A program made the position numbers and the translations under genes. From Planctomycetota bacterium (lineage in GTDB: Bacteria > Planctomycetota > GCA-002687715 > DRQF01), in NCBI GenBank assembly GCA_027001995.1, contig JALTLO010000068.1, positions 1-57,737 of the forward strand: 57,737 nt of DNA, written 5' to 3'. The notes beneath the pieces are model-generated. The model had not been told where the DNA came from. It ran no database searches and saw only the letters and a list, made by a program, of their open reading frames with translations. Below are positions 46,823 to 55,624 of this stretch, in pieces; positions within the stretch are counted from its first letter, which is position 1, and every line of letters starts with the position of its first letter.

Positions 46823-47130
46823 AGCAAGCACCAGAACACAAATTTGAAAGGCAGTTCAGAAAAGGCGTGTTAGCTGGCCTCTGCGCTCATTTGGCTGGTG
46901 TCTTGTTCTTGCTTCTCTTGGCCTTTCTCATTGGGGAGCTTGCCCTCGCTTTCGTCCTGTTGTTTTTTGGTGTAGCTCAATTCTTCTACTTCATTCCGGC
47001 CCTGATCGTCGCGAAGAGAAAACAAGCAACAAACGATTTTATCAAAGGCATGGCCCTTACCTGCGCCATCCCTTTCATCATGAATGCTGGTTGCTTCGGA
47101 ATATGGGGACTTGGATCGATGGGCAGATGA
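46819..47130 (+). CDS. Small 3-TM membrane protein with a C-terminal NAGCFG motif
   Basis: ATGA-coupled to the radical SAM gene and paralogous to 47176..47502. Confidence 0.8.
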   Translation: MKQAPEHKFERQFRKGVLAGLCAHLAGVLFLLLLAFLIGELALAFVLLFFGVAQFFYFIPALIVAKRKQATNDFIKGMALTCAIPFIMNAGCFGIWGLGSMGR

Positions 47131-47175
47131 TTCACCTCTCGCACAAAGAACACAAAAAGTAAGGGAAGAAGAATC

Positions 47176-47502
47176 ATGGAAGATTCGAAAGACAAGAAAG
47201 TCAATGTGGACGTCAGAAGAGGTATCTTCGTCGGCACGCTCATTCACCTGGTGGGTATTCCAACGGTCATTGGAGTCATAGGCGTGATTGCCCACGAAGG
47301 AGCCGTGGCCATTCTTTTCATCGGCCTACTCCAGGCATTCTACTTGATTCCGGCCATGGGCATCGCTCGTCACCGAGGAGCGTCCAGAGACTTCATGAAG
47401 GGGATGGCACTCACAGCACTCATCATTTTTCTGTTGAATGCCACGTGTTTCGGCCTCTTTGCCGCCTCCTTGGCGTTCAGCGGTCCTTGGTATGGTGGTT
47501 AA
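47176..47502 (+). CDS. Small 3-TM membrane protein with a C-terminal NATCFG motif
   Basis: Shares HLxG, GxxQxFYxIPA, DFxKGMALT and NAxCFG with the preceding ORF. Confidence 0.8.
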   Translation: MEDSKDKKVNVDVRRGIFVGTLIHLVGIPTVIGVIGVIAHEGAVAILFIGLLQAFYLIPAMGIARHRGASRDFMKGMALTALIIFLLNATCFGLFAASLAFSGPWYGG

Positions 47503-47554
47503 TCGACATGTCCACCACCATTGACCGAGCACTTCACAACTTCGGGGCCGGAAT

Positions 47555-48595
47555 TTATGGATGAGGCTGAGGGGAAGTCTGAATCATATAGGCGATCAAC
47601 TTATAGAGCAGCCGGGCTCCGACATTGGCATCCCATTCGTCTCGGCCTGGCGCAACCTCGCAAAGATCAAAACCGATAATTCTGCGACCGCTTTCTTGCA
47701 CCAAGGATAGAAGGAAAATCGCCTCGTTGAAATCCAGCCCACCTGGCACAGGGGTTCCTGTATTGGGGCAGAGTTTCGGGTCGAGGCCATCGACATCGAA
47801 TGAGATGTAGACTTCTTGGGGTAGCTCATCCACGATACTCTGAGCCAATTGTCCCCAGGGCTCTCCCCTGAATCTAGATCGAGCGATGTCTTGATCGTAG
47901 AAAGCCACAATGACACCATCCGATTCATCGGCCATGGCTTTTTCTTCTTCGCAGAAATCACGGATGCCCACTTGCACTAACTTCTGGACACCATCGAGTT
48001 GAGTCATAACATTGAACATGATGGAAGCGTGGGACCAAGTGAAGCCATCGTATGACTCTCGCAAGTCATGGTGAGCATCTAAATGCAAGATCCCCATACC
48101 TGGATGGCGCAAAGAAAGCTCTTCAATCAAACCAAAAGGTGAGGCGTGATCACCACCAATGAGACCAACCAGCTTGCCATCATCCAGAGTTTGTTTGGCC
48201 AAAGACCGGACGTATTTGTTTACTTTTTCCCCAGCCAGATTCACTTCTGTAAGAGCCGAATCCGCATTGACACCTTTGCCCTGAGCGACCTCCACAGCCT
48301 TGAGTGCTTCCTTGTTGAGGGCCCGAATCTCACTCGATTCCGTCAACAAATGAATGCCGACTTCATAGGGCCTGCCACATTCTAAGTCGAAGAGGTCCGG
48401 TTGATGGCTTGCCCTCAGAATCGCTTGGGGCCCAAGGCTAGTCCCCCGCCCATAGGAGGTCGTAGCTTCAAAAGGAACAGGAATCAAATGGACAAGACTC
48501 TCTGAAGCCGATGTTGACGTACCGAAAATTCCAGCGTCTGGATCTGCCGGTGCAGAGGGATCAAAGCTCCGCGACCCAATATGGGGTTCTTTCAT
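47555..48595 (-). CDS. speB: Agmatinase-like ureohydrolase (arginase family)
   Basis: PFEATTSYG, GGDH, DAHHD, SFDVDGLDP, TGTPVPGGL and FDLCEV. Confidence 0.88.
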   Translation of the reverse strand: MKEPHIGSRSFDPSAPADPDAGIFGTSTSASESLVHLIPVPFEATTSYGRGTSLGPQAILRASHQPDLFDLECGRPYEVGIHLLTESSEIRALNKEALKAVEVAQGKGVNADSALTEVNLAGEKVNKYVRSLAKQTLDDGKLVGLIGGDHASPFGLIEELSLRHPGMGILHLDAHHDLRESYDGFTWSHASIMFNVMTQLDGVQKLVQVGIRDFCEEEKAMADESDGVIVAFYDQDIARSRFRGEPWGQLAQSIVDELPQEVYISFDVDGLDPKLCPNTGTPVPGGLDFNEAIFLLSLVQESGRRIIGFDLCEVAPGRDEWDANVGARLLYKLIAYMIQTSPQPHP

Positions 48596-49537
48596 CTAAG
48601 CCACCTCAAAGAGTTCTTCAAGTTCGTTCATGAGGGCATCTCGATCAAGATTCTTACCGATGAGCACAATCCTACCATCATCACTGCGATCACTTTCAAA
48701 AGAGATGTCGAGTCGTTCACCGACGCGATGAAAGATGAGTCGCCCTCTTTCTCCATCCAGAGGCACAATACCCTTGGCGCGAATCACTTCTTTCGGCAGA
48801 TATTCTAAAAATTCCTCGAAGGCAAATCTGATCGTACTCCGTCCACCAATATCAAAACTCAAAGCATCAAAGCCTTTAGCATGGGCAGAAGAAATTACCC
48901 GAGATTTCTGCTCAACATGACGTTCTTCAACTCTCAGGTCAAGAGCTAAGGAAACACAATCGGCTTCGTCTGAACGCAGGATGCGAACCTTCCCGTTCAA
49001 AGCAGCAACTCGGTTGTTCACTTCTTCGATCCTGGCAGCATCCACCAGATCGCATTTGCTGAGAATCACAAGGTCACAGTGGGCAACTTGCGCCCTCACT
49101 TCTTCATGGACATCAACGACATCCAGAAAGGCGCTGCAATCGACGATGCTAATGAGAGCATCCAGAGAAAAAAGATCTTTGGTTTCCGGCATATCGACGG
49201 CGAATCCCACGGGCAGTGGATCTGCCACCCCCGTTGTCTCAATCACCACATGATCGATATCGCCGATCTTGGACATTTCCGCCAAAGTAATGGGAAGATC
49301 TTCGTTGAGAGAACAACAAATGCACCCATTGTCTAAGGTGACGAAACTTTCATCTGTATCGAGCAAGGCGCCGTCCACACCAATCGCGCCAATTTCATTG
49401 ACCAAAACGGCAATTTTCTTGCCATGATCGCCCCGGAGAACTTGGTTCAGGAAGGTCGTCTTGCCGGCGCCCAAGAAACCAGACAAGACAGAAACGGGGA
49501 TCAAAGGGGGCATGGGGGCTCCAAAATCTTTGTTCAT
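48596..49537 (-). CDS. COG0523/CobW-family metal-binding GTPase
   Basis: GFLGAGKTT, VNE, GCICC, ETTGVADP, SKCD and a CobW_C-like RAKG motif. Confidence 0.92.
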   Translation of the reverse strand: MNKDFGAPMPPLIPVSVLSGFLGAGKTTFLNQVLRGDHGKKIAVLVNEIGAIGVDGALLDTDESFVTLDNGCICCSLNEDLPITLAEMSKIGDIDHVVIETTGVADPLPVGFAVDMPETKDLFSLDALISIVDCSAFLDVVDVHEEVRAQVAHCDLVILSKCDLVDAARIEEVNNRVAALNGKVRILRSDEADCVSLALDLRVEERHVEQKSRVISSAHAKGFDALSFDIGGRSTIRFAFEEFLEYLPKEVIRAKGIVPLDGERGRLIFHRVGERLDISFESDRSDDGRIVLIGKNLDRDALMNELEELFEVA

Positions 49538-49679
49538 GGCACCATCATAGCCTCGAAAAAGGACTCAAGCCAAGCGGTGGAGCTTGTTTGCGGCAAGGGA
49601 AAGTCACGGGGAAATCAGTTTGGCGTTTGAGAAGCAGTGAGTTATCTTTTGCCATCATAGGAAAACAAAGGAAACTCCC

Positions 49680-50090
49680 ATGTACGATGAAATGATGGTC
49701 GCCCCGATGCGGGAAGAAGTGACAAAATTGGGAGCTATTGAGCTCCGGACTGCCGCTGACGTGGATAGTGCCCTCAAAGACTCAGCCGAGCCCGTTCTTG
49801 TCTTTGTCAACTCGGTTTGCGGCTGCGCTGCTGGGGGCGCACGCCCGGGGCTGGCATTAGCCATGGAAGCAGAGAATAAACCAAAATTGGCCACAGTTTT
49901 CGCTGGTAACGACAAAGAAGCCACCCAGCGTGCCCGGGAGTACTTCTTGGGGTATCCTCCTTCGTCGCCGCAAATTGGCCTCATCAAGAATGGCCAATGT
50001 GTTGCCATGATGGAACGCCACGACATTGAGGGGCGCCAACCAGCCCAAGTCGCTGAAGCACTCCAGGCGATGTTTTCAGCTCATTGTTAG
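49680..50090 (+). CDS. Bacilliredoxin, BrxA/BrxB family
   Basis: VNSVCGCAAGGARPG, TVFAG, PPSSP and ERHDIEG. Confidence 0.92.
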   Translation: MYDEMMVAPMREEVTKLGAIELRTAADVDSALKDSAEPVLVFVNSVCGCAAGGARPGLALAMEAENKPKLATVFAGNDKEATQRAREYFLGYPPSSPQIGLIKNGQCVAMMERHDIEGRQPAQVAEALQAMFSAHC

Positions 50091-50166
50091 GGATCATTCT
50101 CTGAATGGGGCCTATCCCCCAGTCGGATCTCTGACTTAGAAGAAAGCTCAGCCACGTCGCTCCCTG

Positions 50167-50199
50167 AAAGAAGCCCGCCGTCATTCGGCGGACTTCTTT
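50167..50199 (+). terminator. Probable intrinsic terminator after the bacilliredoxin gene
   Basis: Inverted repeat AAAGAAG-C-CCGCCG / CGGCGG-A-CTTCTTT with a 5-nt loop. Confidence 0.6.
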
Positions 50200-50449
50200 A
50201 CGTGAGTTACAGCTCTCACCAAAATCTTCACACTCCGAAAAACCTCCTCGAAGAGGCCAATCGAGGCCGTATTCTCAATTTAAGACAGTCGTTTTCTCGC
50301 TGTTTGTGGCTATTCATTCAGTTCCTTTGAACCCGTGTCGATGACAATCATATGGGGAGAATGCCTCAGCTCTGCCCGGCGGTTGGTTGGGAAAATCCGA
50401 GTGGCAGCCGCAGAAGGCCAGATCAGGGTTGGGACGAGAAAGGGGCCCA

Positions 50450-51763
50450 ATGAAGATCCACTTGTCGGACATTCTATTGCCAATCGCGAAAGGCAGCCTT
50501 GCTGTCATCTTCGGCCTCTTCGCGGCCATGGAAACAAGGGCCCAAGAAGCTGAGCTTTCCAACGCAGAGCTAGTGAAGCGTGTTCAACAGTTAGAAAATC
50601 TCAATCGGGCCCTTCTGAGCCGAGTCGAGGACCTTGAGAATCGCGGTCCCGCGAAAGACGAATTTGCCGATTTAGTCAACGAAACGATCGACGAACTCTT
50701 GGTGGAGCGAGAAGAAACGAGGGGCGGGCTTACGAGCGGCTACTCCGATGTTCGGATTACTTTCCAATTCTATGGTGCCCTCGGATTTCAGGTTGGAGAT
50801 CCCCCACCGGAGAATGGTGGCGATTCTTTCTTCAACTTCAACACCATCGATTTCTTCATCACCGCACAGCTGGGCTCCAACCTTCAAATCGTTTCAGAAA
50901 CCATCTTGGAGGGTGACGACCACGAAGTCATCCTAGACCAAGAACGTCTATTTGGCGTCTACCGTGTGGCTGACGAACTGTATTTCAAGCTGGGTGTCGA
51001 ACACACGCTTATCTCTCATTGGAATCGCATCTACCACCATGGAAACTGGCTCTACGACTCTGTTGGCCGCCCGACAATTGGTTCCTTCGAAGACACAGGC
51101 GGAATTCTACCATCTCACTATGCTGGTTTAGAACTCGGGGGTCATTTCAATATCGGAATCGGCGAGCTTCAATATACGGCAGTCATTTCAAACGGACGAG
51201 GTCCGACAGGCTCAAATCGCCAGATCATTAGCGACGACAATGATGCCAAGGCCCTCGACATAGCCATAGAATTCGCTCCCGCCGGAGTCGATGGCCTGAG
51301 CTTTGGCGGGGCCTTCCGCTACGATGTCCTGCCTGAAGAAAAGGGCAATCCCCTCAGGACCAACTCAATTCAAGAGTGGATCGCAAGCGGTTTTCTTGAT
51401 TGGCGCAGCCAAGACCTTGAAGTCTTGGCAGAATTCGTCGTCGTAAACCACAATGACCGGACCAGTGGCCAAGAGTTTCGCCACTTAAGCGGCTACGTTC
51501 AGCTAGCCTACACACTCGGAGATCTCACCCCATATATCCGCTTCGATTTCAAGAACATGAGTCGCGGAGATCCTTTCTACTTGAGGACGAACACCGACCT
51601 GGATTCCTGGGAACAGATCGTAGGGGTCCGATGGGATCTTAACGACAATGCCGCTCTCAAGTTCGAATTCGCATTCGGGAACCAAGAAATCCGCCAAAGC
51701 GGTGGACGCATTCGCAGGGAAGACTTCGTGACCTTTCGATTCAGTTTCGTGTGGTACTTCTGA
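50450..51763 (+). CDS. Outer-membrane beta-barrel / porin-like protein with an N-terminal coiled coil
   Basis: Signal peptide, a coiled-coil stretch, alternating beta-strand patterns and a C-terminal FVWYF. Confidence 0.75.
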   Translation: MKIHLSDILLPIAKGSLAVIFGLFAAMETRAQEAELSNAELVKRVQQLENLNRALLSRVEDLENRGPAKDEFADLVNETIDELLVEREETRGGLTSGYSDVRITFQFYGALGFQVGDPPPENGGDSFFNFNTIDFFITAQLGSNLQIVSETILEGDDHEVILDQERLFGVYRVADELYFKLGVEHTLISHWNRIYHHGNWLYDSVGRPTIGSFEDTGGILPSHYAGLELGGHFNIGIGELQYTAVISNGRGPTGSNRQIISDDNDAKALDIAIEFAPAGVDGLSFGGAFRYDVLPEEKGNPLRTNSIQEWIASGFLDWRSQDLEVLAEFVVVNHNDRTSGQEFRHLSGYVQLAYTLGDLTPYIRFDFKNMSRGDPFYLRTNTDLDSWEQIVGVRWDLNDNAALKFEFAFGNQEIRQSGGRIRREDFVTFRFSFVWYF

Positions 51764-52296
51764 TGGGCGGGAACTTGCCAAAATTCGCCTCTTTCCTGCC
51801 CTTGGTCATGATCATGGTCTTGGGTGCCCAAGAGACCATCGCCCAAACACCAGCCCCAAAACCTGCCGCCAAACCCAAGCAAAGGGCACTGGCTGTCATC
51901 GTCAACCTCAAGAACCCGCTCAAGAACATCACCTCCAAAGAATTGCAAAAGACAATGACACTGGAGAAGAGATTTTGGAGTAACAAGAAAGCTATCGTTC
52001 TTTTGCAACGACCCCGCAAATCAATAGAAACCAAGATCGTCCTCAAACACATCTACAAGATGAGCAGCCGCAAACTGAAGAAATATTGGGTCAGTAAACT
52101 CTTCAACGGCAAGATCTCCGGAATCCCATCGACCATACGTTCGAGTAAACGGGTGATCCGTGCGGTGGCGAAATCCGAAAGTGCTATCTCTGTCATCTTC
52201 GCCGACGAAGCAACCACCGCTATCCGTATTCTAAAGATTGATGGCAAATCACCAAAAGACAAAGGATACAACCTGAAGACGGAGTTGAAGGAATGA
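51763..52296 (+). CDS. Small periplasmic-binding-protein-like protein (phosphate-binding fold)
   Basis: Signal peptide, LAVIVNxxNP...VAKSESAIS...ILKIDG. Coupled to both neighbours (TGATG and ATGA overlaps). Confidence 0.7.
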   Translation: MGGNLPKFASFLPLVMIMVLGAQETIAQTPAPKPAAKPKQRALAVIVNLKNPLKNITSKELQKTMTLEKRFWSNKKAIVLLQRPRKSIETKIVLKHIYKMSSRKLKKYWVSKLFNGKISGIPSTIRSSKRVIRAVAKSESAISVIFADEATTAIRILKIDGKSPKDKGYNLKTELKE

Positions 52297-54236
52297 CTCC
52301 ACAACGAAGGTTGTTTTTTCGAATCGCCATTCTCGCCTTGGTGCTCATCCTCATCGGCGGCGTCATTCCAGCGATTCTCTCACTCAACCGGGAACGGGCC
52401 CAGCTTTTGAAGCATCTCGACGATATCGGCACAACAACAGCAACAACGGCTGCCATGTCCGCCTCCAACATGCTCGCCGGAGACGACGAAGACGGCCTCT
52501 CCGCTTTGGCCGCAACCATCGTCTATCAGAATGACGTGGTCAGCGAAGCGCTATTCCTTGATCGCAAGGGATCGATCATCGCCCATTCGGACCCCGACTT
52601 AGAAGGTACATCCACGGGTCGTCCAAGACTCAGCAACTCTGTGATCGTTCATCGCATCCCCGGCATGATAGAAGTGAACGCCCCCGTCCTTGTCAGTGGC
52701 GAAATATGGGGGATCTTCCGTATCAAGATTCTGACCAACGTCGTCGCTGAAGAAATCCGCCGGGCTCGCAATGGCCTGCTCAGGATCAATGGCGCGCTCC
52801 TATTCATCTCAATCATCGGGGCCGCTTGGTTAGCCCGCTCTATATCAAAACCTGTTGAACATCTTTCCAGGGTTGCCAATGAAGTGGCAAAGGGCAACTT
52901 GGAAATCAGAACAGGAATCCACAAGAGCGGCGAGTTAGGTTCACTCCCCATGGCAATTGATGAGATGATCGAAGACCTATCACGAGCTCGACAGCGGCTT
53001 CTATCTCAAAGCGCCGAATTAGAAGAGGAAAAAACCAAGGCGATTTTGGCTTCGAAAGCCAAGTCTGAATTCCTTGCCAACATGAGTCACGAGTTGCGAA
53101 CCCCTTTAACTGGCATCCTCGGTTTCGCTGAAGTCTTGGAGGAAGACTTAGAAAACGAGGAACATCAATCACACCTCAGAGTGATAAGAGACTGCGGAGA
53201 TCACTTATTGGATCTCATCAACAACATTCTTGATCTTTCGAAAATAGAAGCAGAGAAAATGACGATCGAAGAGATGGAGTTCAGTCCAGCCCACGTCATT
53301 GAAGAAGTGGTCTCTCTATTGGCTCCAAAACTTGAAGACTCTGATGTTGTCTTTTCGGTCAACTACTTGGGGCCAGTTCCTGATACGATTCGAACCGACC
53401 CAACTAAACTGAAGCAAATCATACTTAATCTCATCAGCAATTCCCTCAAATTCACCAAACAGGGAAGTATCGAGATTGAAGTTTCTCATCTATTAAAAGG
53501 CTCCGATTCCTATCTCAAGATCGATGTTGTTGACACAGGCATCGGCATGACTGAGGAAGTCGCACAGAGACTATTCGAACCATTCACTCAGGCAGACAAC
53601 AGCACAACACGAGAATACGGGGGCACCGGATTGGGACTTGCCATCAGTAGGCGCATGGCGAACCTCTTGTCTGGGGACATCGTCATCAGTGAAACCAAAC
53701 TCGGCGTAGGCACTCGTTTTTCAATCACAATCGACACCGGGCCCTTAAACGGTGTACCCATGCGCCAACAAGTTTACGGCAGGACAAAGTCCTCCTTCGA
53801 GTCGAATGTCTTGGATCACGTCGAAGATTCTTCCCGGCTCCTAGGGATAAACGTTTTGGTGGCTGACGACAATGGACACAACAGAAACTTAGTACGATCC
53901 CTACTTGAAAGTGCTGGTGCCACAGTCTCAATGGCAGACAACGGCAAAATGGCTATTGCCCAAGCTCTCAGAGCTGAAAAAACAAAAGAGCCCTTTGACG
54001 TCATTCTCATGGACATGGACATGCGAATGCCCCAAATGGATGGCTTCGACGCTGCTGAAATTCTGCGGGGCCGACACTATCCCCGACCCATCATCGCCCT
54101 GACTGCCAATGCCATGGCCGGAGACCGCCAACGCTGCTTAGACTCCGGTTGCGTTGACTATCAGGCCAAACCCATCAATAGAGAGTCCCTCTTGGCCTCC
54201 ATAGAAAAAGCAGTCCGATCCAAAGCCCCAGCATAA
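52293..54236 (+). CDS. Membrane hybrid sensor histidine kinase (sensor, HAMP, HisKA, HATPase, receiver)
   Basis: Two TM helices, HAMP, FLANMSHELRTPL, YGGTGLGL and a receiver domain with ALTANAM and AKP. Confidence 0.93.
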   Translation: MTPQRRLFFRIAILALVLILIGGVIPAILSLNRERAQLLKHLDDIGTTTATTAAMSASNMLAGDDEDGLSALAATIVYQNDVVSEALFLDRKGSIIAHSDPDLEGTSTGRPRLSNSVIVHRIPGMIEVNAPVLVSGEIWGIFRIKILTNVVAEEIRRARNGLLRINGALLFISIIGAAWLARSISKPVEHLSRVANEVAKGNLEIRTGIHKSGELGSLPMAIDEMIEDLSRARQRLLSQSAELEEEKTKAILASKAKSEFLANMSHELRTPLTGILGFAEVLEEDLENEEHQSHLRVIRDCGDHLLDLINNILDLSKIEAEKMTIEEMEFSPAHVIEEVVSLLAPKLEDSDVVFSVNYLGPVPDTIRTDPTKLKQIILNLISNSLKFTKQGSIEIEVSHLLKGSDSYLKIDVVDTGIGMTEEVAQRLFEPFTQADNSTTREYGGTGLGLAISRRMANLLSGDIVISETKLGVGTRFSITIDTGPLNGVPMRQQVYGRTKSSFESNVLDHVEDSSRLLGINVLVADDNGHNRNLVRSLLESAGATVSMADNGKMAIAQALRAEKTKEPFDVILMDMDMRMPQMDGFDAAEILRGRHYPRPIIALTANAMAGDRQRCLDSGCVDYQAKPINRESLLASIEKAVRSKAPA

Positions 54237-54413
54237 ACCGAAGAATGAACCCTCCAGAAGAACCATTCTTCTCACCCAGCCCACACCGATCCTCATTGTT
54301 CCTTGGCGAATTGCAGCCAAGCGCTTGGAGGTTATTGCCAACGATGGCGTAGGCGATATCAGGGGGCTGGGCCCGCCCCTGGTATCAGCGGAGCCCAGAA
54401 ACATCATGAACTC

Positions 54414-55418
54414 CTAACGTCGGCGTTCTTTAGTGGCATATTTGACAAGAGCTGCTTTGATCTGGCCCTGCTCTTGAGAATCAAGATTCTTGGCAGTCTT
54501 GGCGATCATCTTCATAAACCAGTCAATTTCGTGTTCAGCCAAAGGACAGCCGATATTACCTTGAGGCCCATCACTGGTGACAAGTTGCTTCTTCTCCGGC
54601 GTCAAAATGGTGATCCATGGGATACCTCCCCGTTTGCCTCGAAGCTTTAGAGCAACTTCAGCCCCGTGGGCCATTTTCTCTGTGTCGATTTTGACGTTGA
54701 TGTAGTCCTGGGCCATGAGAGCTTTCACTGTTTTTTGGTCGAGGAACTCCTCGAGCTTGCCGCAGTACCCTCACCATGGTGCCCCCAGATGCACGAACAG
54801 CTTCTTGCCTTCAGCCTTCGCCTGAGCTTGGGCTTTCTTCAAGACCTCACGGGCATCTACTTTGACGACCTTCTTCACTTTCGATTTGGGCTCCTTCAGG
54901 AGCATCTTGATGGCCCGTTCAATCTCCCCATTGGCGATGTCTGCAAAACGCAGATTGCCTGCGCGGTCGACCAAGTGGTAATCCGGAAAACCGTCGACTC
55001 GAAAAGCTACGACTGTTTTTCTGTCCAAGTCTGCGGCAACGGGGTAGAGAATGCCCACCTTGCGAACGAAGTCGGCCATCTTGTTGGCTCCCCTCGTCGA
55101 GTGAATACCCAAAACGACAAGGCCTTGGTCTTTATACTTGCTGTGAAGGTCATTCAGATGCGACACGGCACCTCGGCACGGGCCTCACCAAGTTCCCCAG
55201 AAATCGAGTAGAACGACCTTCCCCTTCAATGCAGGTAAGGTTTGGGCAACCTTGGTATTGAGCCATGGACCAACCTGGAGCTGGGGCGGTGCTTTACCCT
55301 CCATGGCGTCCTTGGCTTTGCGCGACTTCCCTTCACCTTCACGAATAAAACCGTCCGACTGCCCTGGAGCAAATGATGCCAAGAGCAAGAGAGCCAAAAG
55401 GCTCATGGATTTCTTCAC
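54414..55418 (-). CDS. Exported two-domain thioredoxin-fold selenoprotein (TlpA-like plus thioredoxin-like), Sec at codons 78 and 216
   Basis: Three ORF-track fragments share one frame and are separated only by TGA at 55185-55187 (DFWGTW-U-GPC) and 54771-54773 (GAPW-U-GYC). GGAGG ribosome-binding site and a signal peptide. 334 aa if both UGAs are read through. Confidence 0.9.
54739..54754 (-). promoter_or_regulatory. Putative bacterial SECIS hairpin for the second UGA
   Basis: mRNA UCGAGG-AGUU-CCUCGA; the stem starts 16 nt after the UGA and has G at loop position 2. Confidence 0.6.
55156..55173 (-). promoter_or_regulatory. Putative bacterial SECIS hairpin for the first UGA
   Basis: mRNA AGGUGC-CGUGUC-GCAUCU; the stem starts 11 nt after the UGA and has G at loop position 2. 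Confidence 0.6.
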
Positions 55419-55624
55419 AAGACAACCTCCTTCAGAGTTGAGTATCGAAGGATGAGCTTACACCTTGTACCTCCTCTTGTCTGCCATGTTCTCAGCCCAC
55501 CGTGGCCCACGATTCTTTGCTCATGCCCCACGCCTCCCCCCTTCAAAGCTAAGTCGCAACGACAAAACAGTTTCCGCGAAACAAACGCCTTTTCTCCGGG
55601 TTCAGTCGGAATCAGAGACTATTC

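Noticed and set aside
41040..48595. Possible link between EF-P, the radical SAM enzyme and agmatinase as an EF-P modification pathway
   Set aside because: The genes are in different transcription units, the radical SAM enzyme is Tes-like rather than EpmB-like, and this EF-P lacks the modifiable Lys.
54414..55418. Three separate small ORFs, or a pseudogene with two nonsense mutations
   Set aside because: Both stops are TGA at the catalytic Cys position of CxxC motifs, each with a downstream hairpin. Sec recoding is more parsimonious.
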